A stretch of 64,000 nucleotides of DNA from NCBI GenBank assembly GCA_963827685.1, contig CAWHBU010000006.1, forward strand, positions 192,001 through 256,000. Reading direction: 5' to 3'. The stretch's first letter is position 1. Each line of letters starts with the position of its first letter. The stretch is from an uncultured delta proteobacterium (GTDB taxonomy: Bacteria; Desulfobacterota; BSN033; UBA1163). This document shows positions 1-9,688 of this stretch, piece by piece. Made by a program: the position numbers and the translations under genes. The notes beneath the pieces were generated by a model. It was given only the letters and a program-made list of their open reading frames with translations, did not search any database and was not told the DNA's origin.

Positions 1-119
1 ACAAGAATATGCAAAAAATACGGGTCATGAACAAAAAATGGAGCCAGGAAAAACATTATTGAAACCAACAACAAATCTGAATACCTTGAAAGAACTATCT
101 TAAAGATCACAGTCTTCAT
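1..119 (-). CDS. Branched-chain amino acid ABC permease, LivM-type (N-terminus; runs off window)
   Basis: Manual translation MKTVIFKIVLSRYSDLLLVSIMFFLAPFFVHDPYFLHIL...; hydrophobic, with a 'DPYFLHIL' LivM-like start; directly downstream of the livH-type gene. Confidence 0.7.
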   Translation of the reverse strand, partial: MKTVIFKIVLSRYSDLLLVSIMFFLAPFFVHDPYFLHIL

Positions 120-171
120 TGCAGTGGTTTCTTTGACTTTTAAAGAAGCAGCAGAATAAATTTTGCTGCCC

Positions 172-1023
172 TTATTTCCCAAACAAACCTTTAGGCCTTA
201 TAATTAAAGCTATAACAAGAATTCCAAATGCAAATGTGTCTGTGTATGCGGAAGCAATATATCCACCCCCCAAACTTTCTGCCATTCCTAGCAATAAACT
301 CCCCAAAATTATACCGATCACACTCCCCATGCCCGCCATAATAACAATTACAAATGCCTTCAATACGGGGTAGAAACCCATTTGCGGAGCAACATTATAG
401 AGCATGCCCAATAGGGCACCAATTGCTGCAGCAATTGCGGAACCAATAACAAAAGTAACGGAATACATCCTGTCCAAATTAATACCAGCCAAGGCAGCTC
501 CCAAAGAATTTTGGGAAACAGCTCTCATTGCTTTACCCACCCTAGTCTTTCTAAGGAATAATTGAAGAGCTACTATCAAAATAATGACGGTAGCAAGCGC
601 GATAAGTCGTACTTGTGTGATCGTTATGTCCCAAAAATGGTAAACTGTTTTTGAGTAGATAGTAGGAATGGACCTTATTTGTTCACCCCAAAGGATCAAA
701 GCGATGTTTTCAAAGAATATGCATAAACCAAAAGAACCAAGGATTGTTGGCAAATGGCCAAGGTGGCGTACACGCCGATATGTCAACCATTCGTAAGACA
801 TACCAATGAACCCCACAGTGACCATGGCTATGCATATAGAAGAAATCAAACCAAAACTATATTTAACTACAAAAAAGTATGTGATAAATGCTCCTAGCAT
901 GTACATTTGGCCTTGAGCAAAATCCGGAACATCTAATGTTGAAAAAATGAGTGCTAGGCCTAAAGCAGCTAGGGCATATATGCTGCTGATAATGATTCCA
1001 TTCGCTATCTGTTGTTCTAACAT
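172..1023 (-). CDS. livH: Branched-chain amino acid ABC permease, LivH-type
   Basis: NGIIISSIYALAALGLALIF...FAQG, TRVGKAMRAVSQN, C-terminal RPKGLFG motifs. Confidence 0.9.
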   Translation of the reverse strand: MLEQQIANGIIISSIYALAALGLALIFSTLDVPDFAQGQMYMLGAFITYFFVVKYSFGLISSICIAMVTVGFIGMSYEWLTYRRVRHLGHLPTILGSFGLCIFFENIALILWGEQIRSIPTIYSKTVYHFWDITITQVRLIALATVIILIVALQLFLRKTRVGKAMRAVSQNSLGAALAGINLDRMYSVTFVIGSAIAAAIGALLGMLYNVAPQMGFYPVLKAFVIVIMAGMGSVIGIILGSLLLGMAESLGGGYIASAYTDTFAFGILVIALIIRPKGLFGK

Positions 1024-1208
1024 TATTGTTTCAAAAAACCATTGATTCTTTTATATTCTTAAATATCGTAGCCACATCCAATACTCGGGATAATTGAATC
1101 CATTTGTACTTTACGAACGGCTTATCTCAAAACTGCCCCACAGGTAAACTCTAATTCGTATTGAAACCTTAAACAAATTGAATCAAATAGTCATTGAATT
1201 TATTTCTG

Positions 1209-1265
1209 AATCTATCTCTTGCGGTTTCTCAAGGTCTCCCTAGATAATCCCGCAAGAGATAGATT
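1209..1265. other. 16-bp perfect stem-loop between binding-protein and permease genes
   Basis: AATCTATCTCTTGCGG (1209-1224) / CCGCAAGAGATAGATT (1250-1265); position typical of mRNA-stabilising hairpins after SBP genes. Confidence 0.55.
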
Positions 1266-1355
1266 GACTCCTTTTCACCCTCCAGATGTAAGAGTAATAA
1301 ATTCGCCACTTCTCTTCGCTGGGTTTTCGCCGTGCCATTAACTTCATGGGGTTGG

Positions 1356-2549
1356 TTATAATCCCATTGGCTTTGTAAGCTTCACGAGTTCCATTTTGTC
1401 CTTGCGAAACTGTTTGATGGCTGCCCCAAAATATACTTCGTTTTTAGCGTTAAAGATTTTCCCATTAACTGTTGGGTAATCAAGGACCATCTCAGGGAAC
1501 CTTCCCAGATTTTGTAAAGCAGTTCTAATCTTCACTAAGTCGGTTACACTGCCTGCTTTTTCCAGCGCTTTGGCCACCATATAGACCACATCGTACGATT
1601 TCATCCCGCCCGGTGAGCTAGGGGCCACACCAAACTTCTTTCTGAATTTCTTGTCGAACTCGATAGCCTTCTGGTTCTTAAGCTGAATTAGGAGCTCCAA
1701 GGTGGTAGCTGCAACATCATAAAAACCCTCAAGAATGTCTGCACTTGCCACCGCTAAGAACTGTTCGGTAGTTCCGGAAGTCCAGGTTATACGATTTTTC
1801 GGTTTTATCCCAAGCTCATACATTTGCTTCAACATAAGAGCCCCCTGGTCCGGATAACCAGCATAGAATATAGCATCGGGTTTATTTGCCCCAAGTGCTG
1901 TAAGCTGAGGGTACGCGTTAGTTGCATTCAAATCAACCCAATCGACTGCAAGTTTCCTTCCTTCTCTTTTAAATTCTTTTTCAAGCATCGGCAAAATTTC
2001 ATATGAAAATTGAATTTTGGCAGCTAAGAAACCCAAATTCCGTACGCCCAAATCTTGCGTCATGAAATCAATCGCTGCCTGTGTTGTCGCAACACAACTT
2101 GTGTGGGGTCTAAATATGTTCGGATTTCCGAGCTCCGTATACCCTGAAGTAACCGTCCCCGTAGTCATTATTATTACCCGGTCGCCAATTTTGGGAGCGG
2201 TCGCGGTGATAACGTTACTGCAAACGGGGCCCAGTATTACTTTTACCTTGTCACGGCTAATTAATTTTTCCAACACAGAAACACCTTCCGCTGGGGTACA
2301 CTTATCATCATACACAACTAAATTGAAAGTATATTTTTCCCCAGCGACTGTAACCCCCCCTTTTGAATTAATTTCTTCTACAGCCATTTGCATCTCATCC
2401 AGTTGCGGAATTCCATATGTACTACCAGTCCCACTCAAAGGAAGAGTTACCCCTATCTTGAATTCTTCGGCTGCTTCTAGTGAGCCCGTAGGTAAAAAGA
2501 AACTATAAGCCACAAACATTGCTAACAAAACTATTATCCCTCTTTTCAT
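1356..2549 (-). CDS. ABC transporter substrate-binding protein (LivK/LivJ-like)
   Basis: Signal peptide; KIGVTLPLSG..G, AVEEIN..GG, YDDKCTP, ILGPVCS, YDVVY motifs. Confidence 0.9.
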   Translation of the reverse strand: MKRGIIVLLAMFVAYSFFLPTGSLEAAEEFKIGVTLPLSGTGSTYGIPQLDEMQMAVEEINSKGGVTVAGEKYTFNLVVYDDKCTPAEGVSVLEKLISRDKVKVILGPVCSNVITATAPKIGDRVIIMTTGTVTSGYTELGNPNIFRPHTSCVATTQAAIDFMTQDLGVRNLGFLAAKIQFSYEILPMLEKEFKREGRKLAVDWVDLNATNAYPQLTALGANKPDAIFYAGYPDQGALMLKQMYELGIKPKNRITWTSGTTEQFLAVASADILEGFYDVAATTLELLIQLKNQKAIEFDKKFRKKFGVAPSSPGGMKSYDVVYMVAKALEKAGSVTDLVKIRTALQNLGRFPEMVLDYPTVNGKIFNAKNEVYFGAAIKQFRKDKMELVKLTKPMGL

Positions 2550-2727
2550 TTTCTTACCTCCTAATAAATCGTGTTATGAGTCAAAGCCAAAAGTTTGTTT
2601 ACATCTCCCGAAATCACCTGTGGCCAACGACCTTTGGCAAAATTCCTACCTCCTTTCTTGATTGAAGATGAATCTTATTTCGGAATCCCGCGTATACAAA
2701 AGAATTCCCTAAACAATACTTCTCGGG

Positions 2728-5532
2728 TCATTCCCGCTCCCTGGACTTGTCTCTTATCGCCTTCAATAATCGCTCCGGTGTTATGGGAACTCTTTTTATT
2801 CTCACTCCAACCGCATCATAAATAGCATTTGCAATAAGGGGGGCTACAATATTAGTCGACGCTTCTGATAACCCCTTTGCTCCAAAAGGACCCAGCGGAA
2901 ATCCAGATTCGTCGAACAGGATATTAATATTTTCAGGTATGTCGGCAACAGTAGGAATTAAATAGTTTGAGAGGTTGAGTGCTACCGGATCTATAGACGG
3001 ATATTGCGGATACATATCTTCCAAAAGAGTAAATCCTATACCATGGGCTAATCCACCCTCCATTTGTGCCGATAAGAGCAATGGATTCACGACCCGGCCG
3101 GCGTCGAAGCAAACGGTCATGTCTGTTATCTTTATTTGGCCCGTTTCTCGATCTACTTTGACTTCGGCTGAACCCGCAGCATAAACATAGCAAGGAGTGG
3201 GTTCACCTTGACCCGTCTCAGGGTCCATATGAACCTGTGGGGGTACGTACATCCCTCTCCCCAATACTACCGCACCTTTTTTTGAATAAATGTGGCGTGC
3301 TACCTCGGCTATTGTAATCCAATTTGCTGGAGAACTACGGAGGATGATCTTGCCATCAGCAAATCCGAGGTCGGTTGGCGACGCCTCCATCAGCTCAGCG
3401 GCTACCTTGGTTAATATCTGACGAACTTCATCTGCAGCTTCAACCACAGCATTTCCAGTGACCCAAGTAACCCGAGCAGAGGCTGTTACGGTATCATAGG
3501 GAGTAACTTGGGTGTCAGTGGTAGTCACAGTAATTTGACTCATTGGAACGCCCAAGCGCTCAGCCACCATCTGAGCAAGAACAGTTTTGGAGCCTTGCCC
3601 CATATCGATTGAACCTGTCTGCAAAACCACACTTCCGTCAAGTTCAAGCTTAACCGCTGCTGCGGAGGGGTTAGGATTATTGAGAATGCTCGAGGAATAT
3701 ATAAAGGCACCGATGCCGCGGCCCTTTGCATACCTTCCTGAGGTAGATTTGAATTTCTTTCCGGGCGTATAATTTTTACTTTTCGCCAACTTCTCAAGGC
3801 ATGGCCTTATGGCAACAGCTTTTGGCCTTTGCCCTACTGCCAAGCTATCTCCCTCAACTAAAGCGTTCTTCAGTCTGATCTCTAGTGGATCGATACCCAG
3901 TTCCGTGGCGGCGGTGTCTAGTTGTGCTTCCAAAGCAAAAGTTTCTTGGGTCATTCCAAACCCGCGCATAGAACTTCCTAACTGTTTATTGGTGTATATC
4001 ATGTAACCGTCTGCCCACACATTGGGAATCCGATAAGGGCCAGTGCAGAGAGCAATAGTTTTTTCCATGACAAATGGGCTGCGGAGACAGTAGGCGCCAA
4101 CGTCTTGATAGTTAGTTACGCGTTTTGCAGTTATAGTCCCATCTCTCTTAAGCCCTATTTCATGCTTCATAATAAAGGGGTGACGTACCCCGGAGCAGAG
4201 GAATTCTTCCTCTCGGGTCCAGCGCCACTTAACAGGACGCCCGGTCTTGAGAGCCAATAATGCCACGTGCGGTTCTATAGTCATGTCATTTTTTCCACCA
4301 AAACCGCCTCCGATAGTAGGTACGATGATCCTTATCTTAGACGCAGGCTTTTTAAGAACATAAGCAAGCTCGGGCGTCCTAACGTAGGGTCCCTGGACCA
4401 CACTGTAAATTGTGACAACACCTTGTGAGTCCAATGTACCAACGGCTACATGTGGTTCAAGGTGTACGTGCTCATTCATGGCACTCGTGTACGTTTCCTC
4501 CAACACTAAATCGGCCTCTCGAAGACCCTGATCAATATTGCCTTTTCGTACCTGCACACGGTTATTCTTTCCCCAGGGGACTAGATTGCCATGTGGATGA
4601 ATTTGAATTGCATCCGGTTTCATGGCCTCCAGCGGATCGAATATGGCTGGCAATTCCTCATATTCCACCTCGATGAGTGACACTGCCTCTTCAGCAATAT
4701 CTGGATCCTCTGCCGCGACTACAGCGACTATATCCCCAAGATGACGAACTTTATCCTGACAAAGGATGGGCTGGTCCTTAACATAATAACCATAAAAATT
4801 GTTTGGGATGTCTTTAGCTGTGAGCACTGCTGCAACTCCTAACAGACGTTGCGCCTTGCTCACATCAAGCTTCCGTATCCAAGCATGATGGTGTTTGCTG
4901 AGCAGTGCTTTGGCGTGCAAGATGCGAGGAAATACCAGATCGTCTACATACCGGACACGAGCCGTAACCAAGTCTTCCCCATCTATCCGAAGTACAGGTT
5001 TGCCAACAAAAGTCAGATCAGATTCCTTCAGACCATAGTCCTCTTTTCTCTGAGGAGTGATGTCCCCACGACTGGCACCGTAGACAGCCTCAATGGGCTT
5101 TAAGTAGCCGGTACAGCGACAAAGGTTTCCTGAAAGTGCCTCCCGAATGTCTTCACGCGTAGGTTTCACGTTTCGATCTAGAAGCGCCTTTGCGGAAAGG
5201 ATCATACCTGGAGTGCAGAAGCCACACTGTACGCCTCCAAACTGGTGGAATGCCTTCTGAAGGGGATGAAGAGCATTCCCCTCACTAATCCCCTCTAGCG
5301 TTCCAACCTGGTCTTTTTCATTGAGGGTGGCTGCGAGAACCAAGCAAGATGGGACCGGATTGCCGTTCAGAAGAACCGTACATGCTCCGCATTCACCCGC
5401 AGCACATCCTTCCCGAACGCTTGTTACCTGAAGTTGTTCTCTTAATACACGCAGGAGGGTCCAGTGTTCCCTGATTTTCAGTTTTAAAAGAATCCCATTA
5501 ACAGCAAAAGAAACATCTATCCAATTGTCCAT
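2728..5532 (-). CDS. Xanthine dehydrogenase-family molybdoenzyme, fused 2x[2Fe-2S] + molybdopterin-binding subunit
   Basis: GCAAGECGAC..C, QCGFCTPG, NLCRCTGY; GGGFGGK, MRGFG, DMGQGS, GAKGLSE (catalytic Glu position). Confidence 0.92.
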   Translation of the reverse strand: MDNWIDVSFAVNGILLKLKIREHWTLLRVLREQLQVTSVREGCAAGECGACTVLLNGNPVPSCLVLAATLNEKDQVGTLEGISEGNALHPLQKAFHQFGGVQCGFCTPGMILSAKALLDRNVKPTREDIREALSGNLCRCTGYLKPIEAVYGASRGDITPQRKEDYGLKESDLTFVGKPVLRIDGEDLVTARVRYVDDLVFPRILHAKALLSKHHHAWIRKLDVSKAQRLLGVAAVLTAKDIPNNFYGYYVKDQPILCQDKVRHLGDIVAVVAAEDPDIAEEAVSLIEVEYEELPAIFDPLEAMKPDAIQIHPHGNLVPWGKNNRVQVRKGNIDQGLREADLVLEETYTSAMNEHVHLEPHVAVGTLDSQGVVTIYSVVQGPYVRTPELAYVLKKPASKIRIIVPTIGGGFGGKNDMTIEPHVALLALKTGRPVKWRWTREEEFLCSGVRHPFIMKHEIGLKRDGTITAKRVTNYQDVGAYCLRSPFVMEKTIALCTGPYRIPNVWADGYMIYTNKQLGSSMRGFGMTQETFALEAQLDTAATELGIDPLEIRLKNALVEGDSLAVGQRPKAVAIRPCLEKLAKSKNYTPGKKFKSTSGRYAKGRGIGAFIYSSSILNNPNPSAAAVKLELDGSVVLQTGSIDMGQGSKTVLAQMVAERLGVPMSQITVTTTDTQVTPYDTVTASARVTWVTGNAVVEAADEVRQILTKVAAELMEASPTDLGFADGKIILRSSPANWITIAEVARHIYSKKGAVVLGRGMYVPPQVHMDPETGQGEPTPCYVYAAGSAEVKVDRETGQIKITDMTVCFDAGRVVNPLLLSAQMEGGLAHGIGFTLLEDMYPQYPSIDPVALNLSNYLIPTVADIPENINILFDESGFPLGPFGAKGLSEASTNIVAPLIANAIYDAVGVRIKRVPITPERLLKAIRDKSRERE

Positions 5533-5536
5533 GATT

Positions 5537-6397
5537 TTAAACCCCCTCTATTCCTGCAGCTGCAGATAGAGCTCTTATCGTGTAAACACGCGCCATCTCC
5601 TTTCGGTACCATGAAGAGGCTCGAACGTCCGAGATCGGAGTTATCTCTTCCGCTGCAATATTCGCAGATGTAGCTATGGTTTCAGGGCTAATTTCTTTTC
5701 CAGCTAAGTAATTGCTGGCGGCATTTGCCAAGAGAGGTACAGGCGCTACTGCACCAAGCGATATTCGAACTCTTCTTGCCATACGATCTCCGTCCAAAGT
5801 CATGGCCACAGCGACACTGACGATCGAAATATTCACAGCATTACGTAGACCTATTTTCATAAAAGTCGTTCTCATCCCTAAGGCTGAGACTGGTATGGAA
5901 ATACCTGTTACCAAAGCTGTTGGTGGTAAGGCTGTAGCGTTAACGCCTTTGAAAAATGCATCAAGGGGGCATCTCTGTTCGTTGCCTCGTTCTTGCCAGA
6001 TAATCTCTGCACCTAAACTCAACAATGGTGGAGCTGTATCTGCAGCCGGCGATGCCCAGCATAGATTCCCTCCAATAGTTCCAAGATTACGTATGAGCGG
6101 ACTGCCCACCAACGAAGAGGAGATAGCCAAGGTTTCTGCCTTCTCACGCACCATAGGAGAGTTCGCTAAGAAGGCGTGTGTCGTAGACGGGCCAATCATT
6201 AGCGCATCACTTCTCTCCTGAATGGAATCCAATTCTTCAATATTCCTGATAGAAACAAGAACCTTAGGTTTTATTTGGCGACGGTTGATCCTAGGCATTA
6301 GATCAGTTCCTCCCGCCAATACTTTTGCCTCAGGTCCAAAATCCCCTAATATGCTTATGGCCTCAGAAATAGTCTTAGGGCTAAAAAACCTCATCAT
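5537..6397 (-). CDS. Xanthine dehydrogenase-family FAD-binding subunit (CoxM/XdhB-like)
   Basis: LAGGTDL, IRNLGTIGGNL..ASPAAD, PISDVRAS.WYR. Confidence 0.92.
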   Translation of the reverse strand: MMRFFSPKTISEAISILGDFGPEAKVLAGGTDLMPRINRRQIKPKVLVSIRNIEELDSIQERSDALMIGPSTTHAFLANSPMVREKAETLAISSSLVGSPLIRNLGTIGGNLCWASPAADTAPPLLSLGAEIIWQERGNEQRCPLDAFFKGVNATALPPTALVTGISIPVSALGMRTTFMKIGLRNAVNISIVSVAVAMTLDGDRMARRVRISLGAVAPVPLLANAASNYLAGKEISPETIATSANIAAEEITPISDVRASSWYRKEMARVYTIRALSAAAGIEGV

Positions 6398-7158
6398 CCT
6401 ACCTCCTCAAAAATTGCGACTACCCGGCACCAACCAGCTCCAGCGCCCTCAATGTTTATTGGAAAGGCAGCCACCTTAAACCCGTAAGGTCGAGGCAGTT
6501 GACCCAAATTTGCTAGTTTTTCAATGTGAAAATACTCCCGTTCCCTCCCAAGCATGTGAGACGGCCAAAGGGCATTTTTAATACCTTTCTTGTGTTCCTC
6601 CCCCATCACTTTAAATGGCTTATCAAAACCAAATCCGTCTGTACCCATTAGTTTCACTCCTTGATCGATCAACCACATTGTTGCTTCTCGAGACATTCCA
6701 GGGTGAAGATCTGTATAATCGAGCCGATTCAAGTACTGATCCGCACCGGTTCTGATCAATACGATATCGAAAGGCCTGATCGTATAATTAATCCGCTTTA
6801 AGCCGGCCTTGAGGTCTTCAACCGTGATTGCCTCACCGGCCTTTCTATGGCTAACGTCTATAACGACTCCATTTCCATAGCACCATTCCAATGGAACATC
6901 GCTGATGGTTTTGGAAGGTTTCCCTTCACAGGTCGGACCATAGTGCCACGGCGCATCTAAATGAGTGCCTGCATGGACACTTGCAGTCACTGTTTCAAGG
7001 GCTTGCGACAATCCATCTGGAAAATCATCCGGATTTACTCCTATCCTTCCTCCCAGCTGCCTAGCTCCCTCTCTGTGATTGAGGCGGTGGATTGAAATTG
7101 GCTGAGCAAAGGAGGCCTGCTCCATTGGAACACTAAGATCAAAAATTTTTGTGGCCAT
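6394..7158 (-). CDS. Cyclase-family metal-dependent hydrolase (kynurenine formamidase-like)
   Basis: HAGTHLDAPWH motif, DIVLIRTG, HIEKLANL; start MATKIF chosen for upstream AAGGAGA RBS. Confidence 0.88.
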   Translation of the reverse strand: MATKIFDLSVPMEQASFAQPISIHRLNHREGARQLGGRIGVNPDDFPDGLSQALETVTASVHAGTHLDAPWHYGPTCEGKPSKTISDVPLEWCYGNGVVIDVSHRKAGEAITVEDLKAGLKRINYTIRPFDIVLIRTGADQYLNRLDYTDLHPGMSREATMWLIDQGVKLMGTDGFGFDKPFKVMGEEHKKGIKNALWPSHMLGREREYFHIEKLANLGQLPRPYGFKVAAFPINIEGAGAGWCRVVAIFEEVG

Positions 7159-7183
7159 CAAAATGTCTCCTTTCTTTAGAAAT

Positions 7184-8413
7184 TTACTTTGTACCACAAA
7201 TCTCATGAGCTATTTTGGTAAAAATATCGTCATCAACGTTGCCTTTTCTCAATAAACCTTCCTGCTTTATTCGGTCAGTAATCTCCGTGAGCTGGTCGGC
7301 ATTACATTCAATACCCATCTCGTGAAGCTTATTCCGAACGGCAGCTTTACCAGTCATTTTGCCCATTACTATCTTGTACCCTGGCCGTCCGATCAAATTC
7401 GGTCGTATTGGAACATATCCGTGCGATCTCCCCGCCGCGCTAATCTTATTAAAGACATCTATACTAAGGCCAGTCGAATAAGTAAAGAGATTGTCACCAA
7501 TAATCGATTTGCCACCAGGAATGGGGACCTTCGACAGATCTTGTGCAAGCTTGCAAACATAATGAATTTGGCTCAAATCGGCCCCGGTGTTAACCCCAAG
7601 AAGTATTTCTAGGTTTACAAGTACCTCTTCTGTAGCAGCATTTCCACCTCTTGTACCGTATCCACACAAAACGGTATGTACCCCGGAAGCTCCTCCCATA
7701 ACTGCTGACAACATAATTGCTGTGGCCATTCCAGTGTCATTATGGCCATGCATTTCAATAGGGATCCCAGGTATCCAACTTCGAACAGTCTTAATGATAT
7801 AGGAGGTTGTTAATGGAAGCCCGACGCCAGAAGTGTCTGCTATTGTTATCCGATCCGCCCCACCTTCGAATACAATTGCTTTGCATAAACGCTCAAGCAA
7901 TTGCAGAGGACATCGGAACGCATCCCACAGCATAACGGTCACGTTGAGTGCGTTTTTCTTTGCATACCGGGTTGCATTCACAAAATTCACGACGGTCTGG
8001 TCTTCTGAGAGCCCATATACTACATGGTTTAACCATGGATTGCAGGTATTCTCTATCTCTATTGCTTTTGCCCCACAATCCAGGACAACGTCTATGTCCT
8101 GGGTCAACCACCGAGACAAACACCTTATCTGTGCACGTAAATTCATCCGCATGAGCTCTACCGTCACTTCTTTGTCCTGAGGAGAGACAACAGGGAAAAT
8201 TTCGATACTCGAAACTCCAAGCCTGTCTATGGCCTTAGCCAAGGCTATTTTTTCGTCTGGCTTAAAAACAATTCCTGGAGCTTGTTCTGCCTCTCGCAAG
8301 GTACATTCATGAACCCATACCTTCTCTGGTAATTCCATCCCTTTCCTTACTTCTGGTAACCAATTGAACTCACTTACCCAATAGTCTTCCGTTAGACACT
8401 TTTTCTGTTCCAT
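7184..8413 (-). CDS. DRE-TIM metallolyase (homocitrate/isopropylmalate synthase-like), divergent
   Basis: ECTLREAEQAPG (cf. DTTLRDGEQ), ADTSG, HGHNDTGMA, GTRGGNA, GKMTG. Confidence 0.8.
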   Translation of the reverse strand: MEQKKCLTEDYWVSEFNWLPEVRKGMELPEKVWVHECTLREAEQAPGIVFKPDEKIALAKAIDRLGVSSIEIFPVVSPQDKEVTVELMRMNLRAQIRCLSRWLTQDIDVVLDCGAKAIEIENTCNPWLNHVVYGLSEDQTVVNFVNATRYAKKNALNVTVMLWDAFRCPLQLLERLCKAIVFEGGADRITIADTSGVGLPLTTSYIIKTVRSWIPGIPIEMHGHNDTGMATAIMLSAVMGGASGVHTVLCGYGTRGGNAATEEVLVNLEILLGVNTGADLSQIHYVCKLAQDLSKVPIPGGKSIIGDNLFTYSTGLSIDVFNKISAAGRSHGYVPIRPNLIGRPGYKIVMGKMTGKAAVRNKLHEMGIECNADQLTEITDRIKQEGLLRKGNVDDDIFTKIAHEICGTK

Positions 8414-8518
8414 CTAGAATCCTCCCTCCTTAAAATAATTTTGAAATAGTCTAGGAACCTGTTGGAGCAGTTAAGGTGACGTAAGTGCTCCGACCCACTA
8501 CTAAAAATATTCTGTTTC

Positions 8519-9016
8519 TCACTTCAGGGATTTTCTCAATTTGTTCAATATATCTATTAGCATGCGTTGTTCATCGGGTCCAAGGCAGTCCGTTATCATT
8601 TGGTGTAAGAAAGCCCTATGCTTACTAATAATTTGGGGGGCGAGTTCACGACCTTTTTCCGTAAGGCGGACCCTCTTAACTCTAGAATCTTTTTCAAAAT
8701 CAACCCGTTCAACCAGTCCATCTCGTATCATACGCTTAATGAGGCCTGTTACGTTGCTATTTCCTCTAAATATTAGGTTACTAAGTTCCGATAGCGGCAG
8801 AGACTCATGATCGTACAAGTTCATAATTACCCCATATTGTGGGACGGTCATAGCTTGTTTGTATAGCTTTCTGGAAACGATGCGATTCAAACTATCATGT
8901 GTTCTTCTGATGGCTAGATAGGCATTAATTGCTTCGGTTACTGGAAAACATTGATCAGATTTAATTTCGAAATATTCCATTTGTAAACATTCTACATACA
9001 AATTATTTTTTGTCAA
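8519..9016 (-). CDS. MarR-family transcriptional regulator
   Basis: TVPQY.V...L, NVTGLIKRM.RDGLV.R..DSRVKRVRLTEKG; true start may be 8980. Confidence 0.88.
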   Translation of the reverse strand: MTKNNLYVECLQMEYFEIKSDQCFPVTEAINAYLAIRRTHDSLNRIVSRKLYKQAMTVPQYGVIMNLYDHESLPLSELSNLIFRGNSNVTGLIKRMIRDGLVERVDFEKDSRVKRVRLTEKGRELAPQIISKHRAFLHQMITDCLGPDEQRMLIDILNKLRKSLK

Positions 9017-9688
9017 GAAAAAAATTATGTTCCTTGCACTCTCAATCCTCTCCTATGATGCGGAAAAGCATCTTCATGATCAGGGTATCTACAAAATGGT
9101 GCCGGGAACAAAGAATGGAGGCGTTTCTTGTTATGAATATTGTTCAAGTTTTTCTGCTTTTCCGGGATCTACTCAAATCCTTAATAGGCCTCGTTCGATA
9201 ATTGATATGGTCATGATGGGGCATTTTATCGAATTTCGAGATGGCTGCCGATTCTTGATTTGGCTTTCACAATGGAAATTCTTTCTTTACACGTAAAAAA
9301 TCAATATGTTAAATATATCTTTGATTAATAATTCACAGTAGATTTTGCTTATGCCCCACCTCATTAGTCAAAGTATGGTGATCTATTTTGGAGATATTAG
9401 TCCGTACGGATAACAGAGATGTCAAGTGCAGGAAATGTGGATACCATTGGAAAGAGAAATAGTGCTTGGCAAACAATCAGACTGTCATGCTTACTCTGAT
9501 GGAAAGTCGCATTGTCCAGATAAAAAAGGAAAATTAGATCGTAAGATTTTGTCCTTATTCATTTGATCAATACTAGAAACTTCACTGCCAGGCCATTCAA
9601 TCCATTTTAATTAAGAATAGCCATCATTCAATTTGACAAAGTCATCCTTGTAATAAATAATTATAATCCTAAAAGGAATGACAACAAA

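Noticed and set aside
7184-8413. nifV / nitrogen fixation or lysine biosynthesis call
   Set aside because: No nif or aconitase/dehydrogenase partners nearby, motifs are divergent and the context is catabolic
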